A stretch of DNA of 33,290 nt. Source: a virus. Location of the stretch: the IMG/VR virus record IMGVR_UViG_3300045988_070243. One strand, written 5' to 3'. The position numbers and the translations under genes were made by a program. How positions within the stretch are numbered: position 1 is the stretch's first letter; each line of letters starts with the position of its first letter. This document shows, one piece after another, positions 22,954-32,125 of this stretch. Below the pieces are notes generated by a model, which was not told where the DNA came from, did no database searches, and was given only the letters and a program-made list of their open reading frames with translations.

Positions 22954-25461
22954 ATGGCAACAGAAAAAGTTACTCTACTCGACCTCTCATTTGATACGTC
23001 TTCCGCCCTCGACGGGCTGGACGCTCTTATAGCGAAGTCCGTCGAACTGGCCGAGACAAAGAGCCAGCTAATGGCAGCACTTAAGGACGAGAAGAAGCAG
23101 TTGGACGAGGCAGGCAAGGCGTACAAGGCCGGGACGCTTGGTCAAGACGATTATAAAAAAGCGGTAGACGATGCGGCAAAGGCTCAAATAGAATTGAAAA
23201 AGCAGTTGTTAGACGTTAATGCGTCTATTTCTGACAACAACCGCGAGATAAAGACGAGCACGACGCTCTTAAACAGTCAAGAGGATAGCGTAGACGCGCT
23301 CCGTGCGCAGCTTGCAAAGAACACCAAGGAGCTAAACGCGATGAGCGCAGCGACGCGCAACAACTCCGAGGAGGGGCAGAAGCTTGTCACCGAAACAAAG
23401 GAGATAAGCGACCGCCTTAAGGACATGGAAAAGGCGGTAGGCGATAACCGCCGGAACGTAGGTAACTATGCGGAGAGCATACAGGAAGCAATGTCAAGCA
23501 CACAAGGTCTTTCCGGGGCAACAGCGGCTATGGCTACGTCTCTATCGGGTGGCGTGAACATCCTAAAGGTGTTTAATGCTACATTGAGAGCTAACCCGAT
23601 ATTGGCGGTTGTGTCGGTTATCCTTGTTCTCGTGTCCACTATCGAAAAGCTGATGAAACGTAACAGTGAGATGGCGGCAAACCTAAAGGCGGCATTCGCT
23701 CCGTTTGAGGTTATCTTCTCCCGGATACTCGACGGCGTAACAGAGCTTCTCGGGGGTGTGGCAAAGGCTTTCGAGTGGATAACGGAGAAGGTTGTAAACT
23801 TGCTTTCGTCTATCGGTCTTATTACCGAGGAGACCACAAAGGCAGCGAACGCAGCCAAAACACTCTCCAAGCAAGAACTTGCAATATACGAGGCAGAAAC
23901 AAACAACCTCGTAACGTTGTCGGCGATGCGTAGGGAACTGGAAGCGCAACGTACCATTGTAGGAGACCAGTTAAAGACCGCGAAGGAACGAAACGCAGCA
24001 GCTCAAAAGGCTATCGCGATTTCCAAGCAGATGGAAAAAGCCGAGATAGACGTGTTGCAACAGAAGTATAACCAAATCAAGGCGCAAAACGAATTGAGTT
24101 ACACCAGCAAAGAGGACAGACGCGCCGAGATGCAAGCACTCGCAGACCTGCAAGCACGCCAAGCGGAATACATCGCGGAGCGTAAAGAGCTGGAAAACCA
24201 AGCGAGCGGCATTGTAAAGGCGCAGATAGACGCCAATGTAGCAGCATACAAGGCGGCAGAGAGCGCGAAGGCACAAGCCGCGATAAAGGCAGCGCAGGAC
24301 GCGGAGAACCAAAAACGTGCATTACAGGCTGAGACAATAAAGCAGATGGAAACAGCGTTAACGGCTCTAAACCTTTCGATGCAAGCTAAAGAACTGGAGA
24401 ACAGTTCGACGGAAACCAAGTTGGAGAACGAAAAGGCATACGTCGAGGAAAGCTTAAAGCTTGAAAAGTACAGATTAGAACAGGGTCTCATCTCAAAGCA
24501 GGAATATGCCAACAAGGAAGCCGAGTTTAATTTGGGCATACAACAGTTGGAGATGCAACGTAAAGAAGAGCAAGACGCGCTAATGAGGGAACGCGAAGCG
24601 ATGGACGCGGCGAACCTGCACGAACTTAAGATGGCAGAAATAACAAACGAGTACGACCTAAGACAAGCGCAACTTGATGCACAATACGCGCAGGAGATTG
24701 CAGCCGCCGAGAAGATAGGCGCAGACACCGCGTTGATACAGTCCAAATACGAGAAGGCAAAGGAGGAGAACACCAGAGCACGCGTTAATGCAGAGCTGAC
24801 AATGACCGCAGGTCTCGCAGGACAAATGTCAGCACTGTTAGGAGAACAAAGCGCTATAGGTAAAGCATTTGCAGTTGTTCAAGCTACAATAAATACTTAC
24901 TTAGGCGCAACAAAAGCTCTTGCTACTGGGGGTATTCTCGGTATCGCACAAGCCGCAGTTGTTATCGCATTCGGTATGAAACAAGTCGCTACGATTGCAA
25001 AACAGAAAGACCCCGATACGAAAATTAACACATCAGTCAAGAAGTATGCAAAGGGTGGTATGATATATGGGCGCTCCCATGCACAAGGCGGTGTAACGTT
25101 CCGGGGCGATAATGGGCAGGTGTTCGAGGCGGAAGGCGGTGAGAACGTCTATATCATGAAGAAGACAGCGAGCGCCGAGATTAACGCGTTATCTGCACTC
25201 AATGAAGCACACGGAGGCAATTCGTTCGGTACATCGGGGCTTTACAAGTTTGCTGATGGCGGTATGGTTGCCGGGCTTTCCGAAGCTAACCGGGTAGTCA
25301 AGCAAGCCGGAAGCATGAAGTTATCAAACGAAAGCATTAACCAACTCGCCGGGGTAGTTATCGACGCAGTAATGAGCATGCCCAACCCGGTTGTATCGGT
25401 GCAGGACATCAACAACGGACAAAACGATGTTTCGGTAGTCCAGGGGTTGGCGACATTTTAA
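22954..25461 (+). CDS. Tape-measure-like / internal virion protein (835 aa, coiled coil with hydrophobic segments)
   Basis: Long A/E/K/Q-rich heptad-like stretches. Hydrophobic segments ANPILAVVSVILVLVSTI and GKAFAVVQATINTYLGATKALATGGILGIAQAAVVIAFGM are typical of tape-measure proteins. It is the longest gene in the genome. Confidence 0.55.
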   Translation: MATEKVTLLDLSFDTSSALDGLDALIAKSVELAETKSQLMAALKDEKKQLDEAGKAYKAGTLGQDDYKKAVDDAAKAQIELKKQLLDVNASISDNNREIKTSTTLLNSQEDSVDALRAQLAKNTKELNAMSAATRNNSEEGQKLVTETKEISDRLKDMEKAVGDNRRNVGNYAESIQEAMSSTQGLSGATAAMATSLSGGVNILKVFNATLRANPILAVVSVILVLVSTIEKLMKRNSEMAANLKAAFAPFEVIFSRILDGVTELLGGVAKAFEWITEKVVNLLSSIGLITEETTKAANAAKTLSKQELAIYEAETNNLVTLSAMRRELEAQRTIVGDQLKTAKERNAAAQKAIAISKQMEKAEIDVLQQKYNQIKAQNELSYTSKEDRRAEMQALADLQARQAEYIAERKELENQASGIVKAQIDANVAAYKAAESAKAQAAIKAAQDAENQKRALQAETIKQMETALTALNLSMQAKELENSSTETKLENEKAYVEESLKLEKYRLEQGLISKQEYANKEAEFNLGIQQLEMQRKEEQDALMREREAMDAANLHELKMAEITNEYDLRQAQLDAQYAQEIAAAEKIGADTALIQSKYEKAKEENTRARVNAELTMTAGLAGQMSALLGEQSAIGKAFAVVQATINTYLGATKALATGGILGIAQAAVVIAFGMKQVATIAKQKDPDTKINTSVKKYAKGGMIYGRSHAQGGVTFRGDNGQVFEAEGGENVYIMKKTASAEINALSALNEAHGGNSFGTSGLYKFADGGMVAGLSEANRVVKQAGSMKLSNESINQLAGVVIDAVMSMPNPVVSVQDINNGQNDVSVVQGLATF

Positions 25462-25503
25462 ACCATTAACTCGTACAGAGATGGCAGTTTACTATATACT
25501 GCC

Positions 25504-25511
25504 TATCTTTG
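25504..25511 (+). promoter_or_regulatory. -7 box TATCTTTG upstream of ATG 25538
   Basis: Exact TAnnTTTG 26 nt before the internal ATG 25538. This argues that 25538, not 25481, is the real start of the next gene. Confidence 0.4.
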
Positions 25512-25537
25512 CACGTGTTACAACAAAGACAAATTAT

Positions 25538-26503
25538 ATGAAATTTAGAAAACTTAGAATTATTCAAGCCGGGTTAACGACCAACTTTGGGGTGTACAAA
25601 GGTGAGGAATACCCCATTTCGATTACGGACGCGGCTGTTAAAAGCGTTGTAGCGCTCGGAAACCTCAAGCCAGTTCATTGCAGACGTACCCACAATGGCA
25701 GCGATATGCTGGACGGGTATTTAGGCAAGTTTAAAAACTTCGTTTACGAGAATGGCGCGGCCTTTGCCGACTTCGAGATGTCCGAAGCACTGGAAACAGC
25801 CTACCCCAACGAGGCGAAGTTTATCGCAACCATGATAGAAAAAGAACCCGATATGTTGGGTGTTTCTGTAGCTGGTTGCAATTCGGTAGAATTGAATGAC
25901 GGTATTCTTGACGTTACCGAGTTTGTGGAATTGTATTCATGCGATTTAGTGGGGCTTCCAGCCGCCACGGAAAGTCTTTTTAATAACAATAAAACAGAGA
26001 AAAAAATGAACAAATTTTTCAGCTCGTTTGCAAACTTGTTCCAAAAGACGCAGTTTGCGACGGAAACAGTAGAAACCGTGGATGGTAATAGCATTACTAT
26101 CGAGGCGGCTGGTGAGGTGATGGCTATCGGTGACAAGGTCTTTGATAGTGAAGGCAACGTTCACCCGGACGGTGAAGTACAAATTCAAGTCGAGGAAGGT
26201 ATTTTGGTTATCACTATCGAAGGCGGTGTGATTACCGAGGTTAAGCCCTACGAGGCAGAAGGACCCAAGAAAGTGGTAGTAGAACCCGAAACAGCAGCCG
26301 TACCCGAAGAGTTTGCAAACCGTATAGCAGCTTTGGAAGCGTCAGTCACTTCACTTACCGCATCGCTGGAAGCTATGACGGCTCAATTTAGCAGAGTGAC
26401 AGCGAAACCCGGTGCGCCAGCGGTTAACATGCCGAAGAAGAAAGAAACAGCCCTTAGCCGAGACGCGGTAGCCGAAGCGGCAAAGCGATTTTACAAAAAA
26501 TAA
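25538..26503 (+). CDS. Capsid scaffolding / maturation protein candidate (longest ORF begins at 25481)
   Basis: Sits immediately upstream of the capsid candidate. C-terminal helical Ala/Glu-rich segment FANRIAALEASVTSLTASLEAMTAQFSRV, an acidic middle region and a basic tail. Confidence 0.45.
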   Translation: MKFRKLRIIQAGLTTNFGVYKGEEYPISITDAAVKSVVALGNLKPVHCRRTHNGSDMLDGYLGKFKNFVYENGAAFADFEMSEALETAYPNEAKFIATMIEKEPDMLGVSVAGCNSVELNDGILDVTEFVELYSCDLVGLPAATESLFNNNKTEKKMNKFFSSFANLFQKTQFATETVETVDGNSITIEAAGEVMAIGDKVFDSEGNVHPDGEVQIQVEEGILVITIEGGVITEVKPYEAEGPKKVVVEPETAAVPEEFANRIAALEASVTSLTASLEAMTAQFSRVTAKPGAPAVNMPKKKETALSRDAVAEAAKRFYKK

Positions 26504-26532
26504 CATTTGAACAAACAAAAAATTAAGAAATT

Positions 26533-27477
26533 ATGGCATTTACATTTACAGAACTTAACAAACTGAATATTAACAGTTTGAACGAAGTTATCTCTTTGAC
26601 CGTCGGTTTGGCTGGTGAGATTTCTAACGGTATTACCGTGCTTAACGGTATCGCTAACAACACGCCCGTTGTTTCCCTTGCAGCAGCCGACAAAGCGTTG
26701 CGCAAATCAGTAGGATGCGGTGGCGAATACTTCTACGAAAATGTAACCAATAAGGTTAAGTATTACACACACGCACCTATCGAACTGCCTATCGAAATCT
26801 GTTTGCAGTCTTTGTGGGGCAAAATGGTGGCTCGCGGTATTAACCTTGAGGACGATTTTTCTGCAACCGATTTGGCTGGCTTCATTCAGTCCGAAGTATT
26901 GAAGGTGTTGGAAGCTGACTTGCTGCGTCTCGCTTGGCTGGATGGTGACGCTAAGGCAGAGGCTACGGGCTACGGTATCTTTACGCGCGGTGGTATCATC
27001 AAGCAGTTCAAGGATAGCGGAGAGACCGAAAACGTTCTGACGCTCGACACAGCAGGCGTTCTTGCTGCACTTCGTGGAGCTATCGACGCACAACGCCCAG
27101 ATACGCTCGACACCTCGGAGTTCTTCGTAACATCTAACGTTATGCGCCTTTATAAGAACCTTTTGCAGGATAGAGATAATAGCGCTGCGCAGTCCGACGT
27201 TGTGGACGGTCGCCCGGTTTACTTCTTCGAGGGGTACAAGATTAACGAACTTCGCCACGTGTCTAACGCTGCCTTGGTTGACGGTAATACGGATGCTTTC
27301 GTAGTATTCACACCAAAGGACAATATTCAGATTGCTTTGGAGGGTAGTTCTACTAACATCGCACCGTTCATCCAAGACGCCAAGAGCCGTAACTACTATT
27401 CACAAACATTGTTCGCGGCTGACGCCATGCTGGTTGCGCCCGAAAAGATGCAAATGTGGTTACATGCTTCGGTTTAA
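26533..27477 (+). CDS. Major capsid protein candidate (314 aa)
   Basis: Size and position after a scaffold-like gene fit a major capsid protein. It is followed by the strongest terminator in the genome. No sequence motif could be verified by eye. Confidence 0.5.
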   Translation: MAFTFTELNKLNINSLNEVISLTVGLAGEISNGITVLNGIANNTPVVSLAAADKALRKSVGCGGEYFYENVTNKVKYYTHAPIELPIEICLQSLWGKMVARGINLEDDFSATDLAGFIQSEVLKVLEADLLRLAWLDGDAKAEATGYGIFTRGGIIKQFKDSGETENVLTLDTAGVLAALRGAIDAQRPDTLDTSEFFVTSNVMRLYKNLLQDRDNSAAQSDVVDGRPVYFFEGYKINELRHVSNAALVDGNTDAFVVFTPKDNIQIALEGSSTNIAPFIQDAKSRNYYSQTLFAADAMLVAPEKMQMWLHASV

Positions 27478-27497
27478 CGAAAATTAGTATTAACAAT

Positions 27498-27535
27498 AAA
27501 AGGGGTTGGGATATTAACCCAGCCCCTTTTTCATT
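27498..27535 (+). terminator. Rho-independent terminator after the capsid candidate
   Basis: Stem AAAAGGGGTTGGG (27498..27510) / CCCAGCCCCTTTT (27518..27530, one G-U pair) with a 7-nt loop and a T-run. Confidence 0.8.
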
Positions 27536-27544
27536 TTATATAAT

Positions 27545-28078
27545 ATGGCAAAAAGTTGTTTAGATAAGCTTAGTGGTAATATCACTGTAGGGTGTACGAT
27601 TCCGCAGTTCGGCGTGAAAAACATATATTTGGTACACGCCGAGGACGTTACGGGGATGAAGTTCTCATCAACGAATACTTATGTTAGTTCTATCACTTTT
27701 GCCCCCAACGCTAAATCTATTTTGGTAGAGGGGTACAAGCAAAATATCCAGGTTACCGGGTCGCTCCGGGCTATGGATGCTTCCGTAAAGCAGGACATTA
27801 GTGTAGTGTTTAAAATGCCGCGTACCGGGTCTTATGTATCTCAAACAAGGTCTCTTCTTGCAGGCAGGTTTTATGTCCTTGTAGAGGAGGCAAACGGCGA
27901 ATATACATTTGTGGGCACTGTCTCTCCTTTGGAGTGTTCGGGATTCGATTTTGATAGTAACGCCAACGCAGGTATGATAACAGTAACGTTAACCGCGCCC
28001 GAGGGTTCGGCAGGGAATTATTTCACTTATGTGGTCAGCGATGTAGTATCCGCAATCAAATCAAAAGTAGGAGATTAA
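27545..28078 (+). CDS. Structural paralog 1 of 3 (177 aa)
   Basis: Shares with 28081.. and 28653.. an N-terminal MA..C-x11-C pattern, similar length and several colinear blocks. It is the most divergent member. Confidence 0.65.
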   Translation: MAKSCLDKLSGNITVGCTIPQFGVKNIYLVHAEDVTGMKFSSTNTYVSSITFAPNAKSILVEGYKQNIQVTGSLRAMDASVKQDISVVFKMPRTGSYVSQTRSLLAGRFYVLVEEANGEYTFVGTVSPLECSGFDFDSNANAGMITVTLTAPEGSAGNYFTYVVSDVVSAIKSKVGD

Positions 28079-28080
28079 TT

Positions 28081-28620
28081 ATGGCATGCATTACAAAATT
28101 GACAAGAGCAATTCCTTATAATTGCGACAGTGGCGCGACTGGTTTAAGTAGCGCGATTATTATTAATAAGGCGGATATAGCCAGCTTTTCAATGGACGTC
28201 AGCACTATGGTTGTGTCGGGACTCGAATTAGTTTCCGGGGCGAAGGCATACAGAATTGACACGGTTAAGAGGTCACTCGTTTTGTCTACTGCGCTAAAGG
28301 TTAACGACGGCGCACCGAATGCAAACACGCATTCCGCGTCCATTGTATTCACCGATACGGTAGACGTTGCATGGCGGCAAGTTATGCAGTCTTTCGTTAA
28401 CGGGTCGTTTGTGATTATCGCGAAGCCCACAGACGGTATGTTTCCGCGCATCTACGGACTGTATTACGGACTATCCGCTACGGCAATAGATAACAACTCA
28501 CACGAAAACGGTAACTGGACTACGTTCACCTTGGAAACGCCCGAAAACGTTATCGGCGAGGATTCTGTGGCTATAGCAGTAGCAGACTACGATGCCCTTT
28601 ATACGGCAGCAGTAGGATAG
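28081..28620 (+). CDS. Structural paralog 2 of 3 (179 aa)
   Basis: MACITKLTRAIPYNC...IINKADIASFSMD...AKAYRIDT...IYGLYYGL...TTFTLE aligns with paralog 3. Confidence 0.7.
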   Translation: MACITKLTRAIPYNCDSGATGLSSAIIINKADIASFSMDVSTMVVSGLELVSGAKAYRIDTVKRSLVLSTALKVNDGAPNANTHSASIVFTDTVDVAWRQVMQSFVNGSFVIIAKPTDGMFPRIYGLYYGLSATAIDNNSHENGNWTTFTLETPENVIGEDSVAIAVADYDALYTAAVG

Positions 28621-28652
28621 TAATTAATTAAAAAAAGAAAGGAAAAAATAAT

Positions 28653-29228
28653 ATGGCATGTATAGGAAAAATTAAATCGGGCTTGGCTATGCCTTGTGGC
28701 GCTGTGGTTGGCGCTCGTCCGGTATCGGCAAAGCTTCTCAATGCTTCGGATATTGCGAGTTTTACTGTAGGCCCGGCCGGTGATGCAAAAATAACGCTCA
28801 AAACCGGGGCGTTAGCCTACGACATTACCACTATCAACAACTCAATGTCGCTTACGGTAGGTCTGAAGTCGCAGGATATAATACCCGGCGCATATGATGT
28901 CTCGGTGACTTTTAAGGATTTCGCGATGGTAAACATGGCGCACTCGAGAGCAACTCCTTTAGGGGTGGTTAACGACCTGCAATGCGCAGAATTAGTTTTA
29001 GCGGTTGAGTTTCAAAACCTTCAGTGTAACGTGTATGGGCTGGGTGCGCCGTTGGTTTGCCTGGAAACAAGCTACGATTCAACAGGTGATGGCCTTACAA
29101 CGTTCACATATGGCGTTGAAGATTGGCAAGTAGGGACAACGATTCATTATTTGAGTAGATCCGATTACGCCTTGTTGTCTTCGTCGACACCGGCACCGGC
29201 ACCGGCACCACAACCCACAATTAAATAA
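28653..29228 (+). CDS. Structural paralog 3 of 3 (191 aa) with a C-terminal PAPAPAPQP tail
   Basis: MACIGKIKSGLAMPC...LLNASDIASFTVG...ALAYDITT...VYGLGAPL...TTFTYG aligns with paralog 2. The tail is encoded by (CACCGG)x3. Confidence 0.7.
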   Translation: MACIGKIKSGLAMPCGAVVGARPVSAKLLNASDIASFTVGPAGDAKITLKTGALAYDITTINNSMSLTVGLKSQDIIPGAYDVSVTFKDFAMVNMAHSRATPLGVVNDLQCAELVLAVEFQNLQCNVYGLGAPLVCLETSYDSTGDGLTTFTYGVEDWQVGTTIHYLSRSDYALLSSSTPAPAPAPQPTIK

Positions 29229-29236
29229 AAAAGAAA

Positions 29237-29593
29237 ATGGCAGAAGAATTAACTAATACTACGGGACAGGGCAAAAGCTCTGCACCCGTTGTTGCTGAAC
29301 CGAAGGTTGCAACATTACAGGAAAAGTTAGATGCGTATTACGCAATGACAGGTCTAAAACTTGACCCTAATTGCCACATAGATATGGAATATTTATCTTT
29401 GTGGTATGAAACGAAGTATCTGACAAAAGTAGTTTACAGGTGGGCAATGAAGCCCGGGGCGCGTATCGTGCATTACGTTGATGGCATCGTGTATAAGAGC
29501 GCGAACATGACAGACAAAATCGCGGAACGGCTTATGCGTGAAAACCCGGCTTACGCCGATTGCTTCGTAGAAATCAATAAAGAGGAGAATTAA
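29237..29593 (+). CDS. Hypothetical protein (118 aa)
   Basis: ORF closely packed between paralog 3 and the portal candidate. Confidence 0.6.
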   Translation: MAEELTNTTGQGKSSAPVVAEPKVATLQEKLDAYYAMTGLKLDPNCHIDMEYLSLWYETKYLTKVVYRWAMKPGARIVHYVDGIVYKSANMTDKIAERLMRENPAYADCFVEINKEEN

Positions 29594-29595
29594 AT

Positions 29596-30756
29596 ATGAT
29601 AGGTTACAGACGTTTCGCGCTTGTTGTCGAAAAGGCGCTTAAGTTGTCCGCTAACACGGGCGATAAGATTATTAACTACGGAGACGGCAACTTATATCCG
29701 CAGGAAATAGCAGAGCTCATATACGCTTCCAAGACAGCTACCGCCGCAGTTGAGAAAATGACCGAGAACATTATTTGTGAAGGTTTCAAAAACAAGGACT
29801 TCGCTGCGATAACAAACGGGAACGGGTGTAATATGGATGACGTTTTAGAGGCTACAGCAAACGATGTTGCACGTTTTAGGGGCTGGGCTTGGATAGTACA
29901 GTATGGGCTGACGCCCGAAGGCTACAAGCCCCGAAACGTGTACAACGTTCCGTTTGAATATGTCCGTGCCGAGATGAACGACAACTATTTGAAAGACCCC
30001 ACCGTAAAGAGATGGCGCGTTTTCAATAACTGGGATAGACAGAACGTCAAAGCAACAAGCAGCGCACAGAACTCCACAGTATACCCGACCTTTGACCCGG
30101 AAAACTTCGCTTCAGAGGTTGAGGAATGCGGCGGTATCGAGAACCACAAGGGGCAGCTATTATACGTGAACCTGGGAACAACCCGACCGTACCCCCTTAG
30201 CACGTTCCATTCGGTACGAAACGAGATGGGCGCGGAGGACAAGAACGGCAAGTATGTTAACCGTACTTTGGGCAGAGGCTTCCACATGTGTAGTATTGTG
30301 TCGCACGGTGACTTTGAGACCGAGCAGGCACAACAGGAGTTCAGAGATACATTAGCCGATATGATGGGTAGCGAGAACGCCGGTTCAGTGCTTACTGTAA
30401 GAGACGAGAACGTAGCCACGGACAAACCGTTTATCAAGGTAGACCAGTTAGGCAGTCCTATAGATAGGGAGCTTTACAAGGCTTATGTGGAACCCCTTAG
30501 AAAGGATATCGCGATAGCTGCATATAACATTCCGTTACCCCTTATTGACAGTTCGCTGATGACCTACTCAAACGCCTCGGGCGAGGTCATAAAGGAGCTG
30601 CAAAAGGTCTATCGCAATAGCTTGCAGAAGATACGTCAACGCATTTCGCGCGAGCTGCACCAAGTGTTCGGAGTTGACCCGTCGGTTACAGAAATTAACA
30701 ATAAATTCGAGGAAGAAGATGGCATACCCAATAGCGTTGTTTCGCCGGTTGTTTGA
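29596..30756 (+). CDS. Portal protein candidate (386 aa)
   Basis: No other portal-sized candidate is evident. The N-terminal YGDGNLYPQEIAELIYASKTATAAVEKMTENIICEGF resembles portal N-termini seen in some small phages. The call is from memory and context only. Confidence 0.35.
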   Translation: MIGYRRFALVVEKALKLSANTGDKIINYGDGNLYPQEIAELIYASKTATAAVEKMTENIICEGFKNKDFAAITNGNGCNMDDVLEATANDVARFRGWAWIVQYGLTPEGYKPRNVYNVPFEYVRAEMNDNYLKDPTVKRWRVFNNWDRQNVKATSSAQNSTVYPTFDPENFASEVEECGGIENHKGQLLYVNLGTTRPYPLSTFHSVRNEMGAEDKNGKYVNRTLGRGFHMCSIVSHGDFETEQAQQEFRDTLADMMGSENAGSVLTVRDENVATDKPFIKVDQLGSPIDRELYKAYVEPLRKDIAIAAYNIPLPLIDSSLMTYSNASGEVIKELQKVYRNSLQKIRQRISRELHQVFGVDPSVTEINNKFEEEDGIPNSVVSPVV

Positions 30757-31150
30757 AATAGCAACGGACGTTAAGGACAACAAGATAGAAAAGGCGTTCT
30801 TCGAGGCAGACCTACTCGATATAATGCCGCAGGTTGGCAGCATGTATGAGGCTGCCCCCGCGCAATATATCCCGGACGGGTCTAACTTCGCAGGGCTTGA
30901 AAAGGTTATTTGCTACTACGCGTTCGCGCGGTATTTGCAGATAGCAGACCAAAACAGTACGAGCACGGGTATGAAGATTCAGACATATGGCGGCTCGGTA
31001 GTCGTTCCAGATACAAGCAAGGTTAAAAGGTTTGAAGCCGAACGGGGCAAAGCAGACCTTTTTATAGAGCCGTTGATACGCCAAATGAAGGCGGACGGGT
31101 TTATAAAGGCATGTACGGTATCGAACACCCGTATAGGGTTAATCAAGTGA
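30719..31150 (+). CDS. Hypothetical protein (143 aa from ATG 30719; longest ORF begins at 30674)
   Basis: ATG 30719 follows GAGGAAGAAG (SD-like) and shortens the overlap with the upstream gene. Confidence 0.5.
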   Translation: MAYPIALFRRLFEIATDVKDNKIEKAFFEADLLDIMPQVGSMYEAAPAQYIPDGSNFAGLEKVICYYAFARYLQIADQNSTSTGMKIQTYGGSVVVPDTSKVKRFEAERGKADLFIEPLIRQMKADGFIKACTVSNTRIGLIK

Positions 31151-31626
31151 TAGAACAATTAGAGACCTATTTCCGCACGTTTTTTGCTGTGACCGTTCTT
31201 GCAGTAGTTACGGATATACGGGACTTTATATTTTTAGTAGTTATCGTTACCGCGTTGAACTGGTTGGTAGGTTATTTGGCAGACCGGGCAAAAGGAAAGC
31301 CCTACAAGCACAAAAAGACTATGCAGGCGGTTAAGGAGTTGTTTTTAACCAATGCGATTCTATTCTTTGTAGCCCTAACATGTAATATGTTGGAGCCTGG
31401 GATAGATTATCAGCTTTTAGTTAAAGCGCTCACGGGTATATTCCTTATTATATACGCGCGTAATATAACAAGAAACCTTAGGGTAGTTCAGCCGGGAAAT
31501 GAATTTGTGAAAGTGCTTAACAGCATAGCGAATAGCAAGTATTTCCAGCTCAAGAAAAAGATTAAGGACGGCAAATATGAAATACCCTTAGAAGAAAAGG
31601 AGAAAGAAGATGGCGAACAGCAGTAA
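31111..31626 (+). CDS. Holin candidate (multi-TM; alternative GTG start at 31147)
   Basis: Four hydrophobic segments (FFAVTVLAVV, FIFLVVIVTALNWLVGYL, AILFFVALTCNML, LTGIFLIIYA) and a charged C-terminal tail. Sits immediately upstream of, and overlapping, the endolysin gene. Confidence 0.55.
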   Translation: MYGIEHPYRVNQVIEQLETYFRTFFAVTVLAVVTDIRDFIFLVVIVTALNWLVGYLADRAKGKPYKHKKTMQAVKELFLTNAILFFVALTCNMLEPGIDYQLLVKALTGIFLIIYARNITRNLRVVQPGNEFVKVLNSIANSKYFQLKKKIKDGKYEIPLEEKEKEDGEQQ

Positions 31627-32125
31627 ATTAATACCGTTCATTCTACAGTGGGAGGGCGGTTTCGTTAACGACCCGGACGACCTCGGGGGCGCGACAAACA
31701 AAGGTATCACTATAGGCACATTCACCGAATACAGGAAGCGGAAGGGGCAAAAAGCCCCAACCGTTGACGACTTGAAAAACATATCTGATGTCGAATGGCA
31801 CGACGTTTTTAAGTCCTTGTACTGGGATAGGTGGAAAGCCGATGAGATTAAAAACCAATCAGTAGCAAATATCTTAGTTGACTGGGTTTGGGCTTCTGGG
31901 TCGCACGGTATAAAGCGCCCACAACGTCTTTTAGGCGTCAAGGCGGACGGTATCGTAGGTAAGCAGACCATTGCAGCCCTTAATGCTATGGACGCAGCTG
32001 CGCTCTTTAAAATGATTAAAGACGATAGGGCAAAGTTCATAGATGAGATATGCAAGGCGAGACCCAAAAACGAGAAATACCGCAAGGGGTGGATGAACCG
32101 TATTAATGCAATACACTATGAATAA
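31610..32125 (+). CDS. Endolysin, GH108 lysozyme-like domain plus PG_binding_3-like C-terminus
   Basis: LIPFILQWEGGFVNDPDDLGGATNKGIT matches the GH108 signature (EGG...D.GG.T..GI). Downstream LGVKADGIVGKQTIAALN is typical of the associated peptidoglycan-binding domain. Confidence 0.85.
   Translation: MANSSKLIPFILQWEGGFVNDPDDLGGATNKGITIGTFTEYRKRKGQKAPTVDDLKNISDVEWHDVFKSLYWDRWKADEIKNQSVANILVDWVWASGSHGIKRPQRLLGVKADGIVGKQTIAALNAMDAAALFKMIKDDRAKFIDEICKARPKNEKYRKGWMNRINAIHYE

Noticed and set aside
26707-27375. 222-aa minus-strand ORF inside the capsid candidate. Similar long antisense ORFs occur at 24099..24773, 31931..32533, 23466..23957 and 919..1332.
   Set aside because: Each is fully contained in a longer + strand ORF that has sensible context (coupled starts, promoters, terminators). 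The antisense translations are low-complexity (S/A/C/R-rich), typical of the reverse frame of biased coding sequence.
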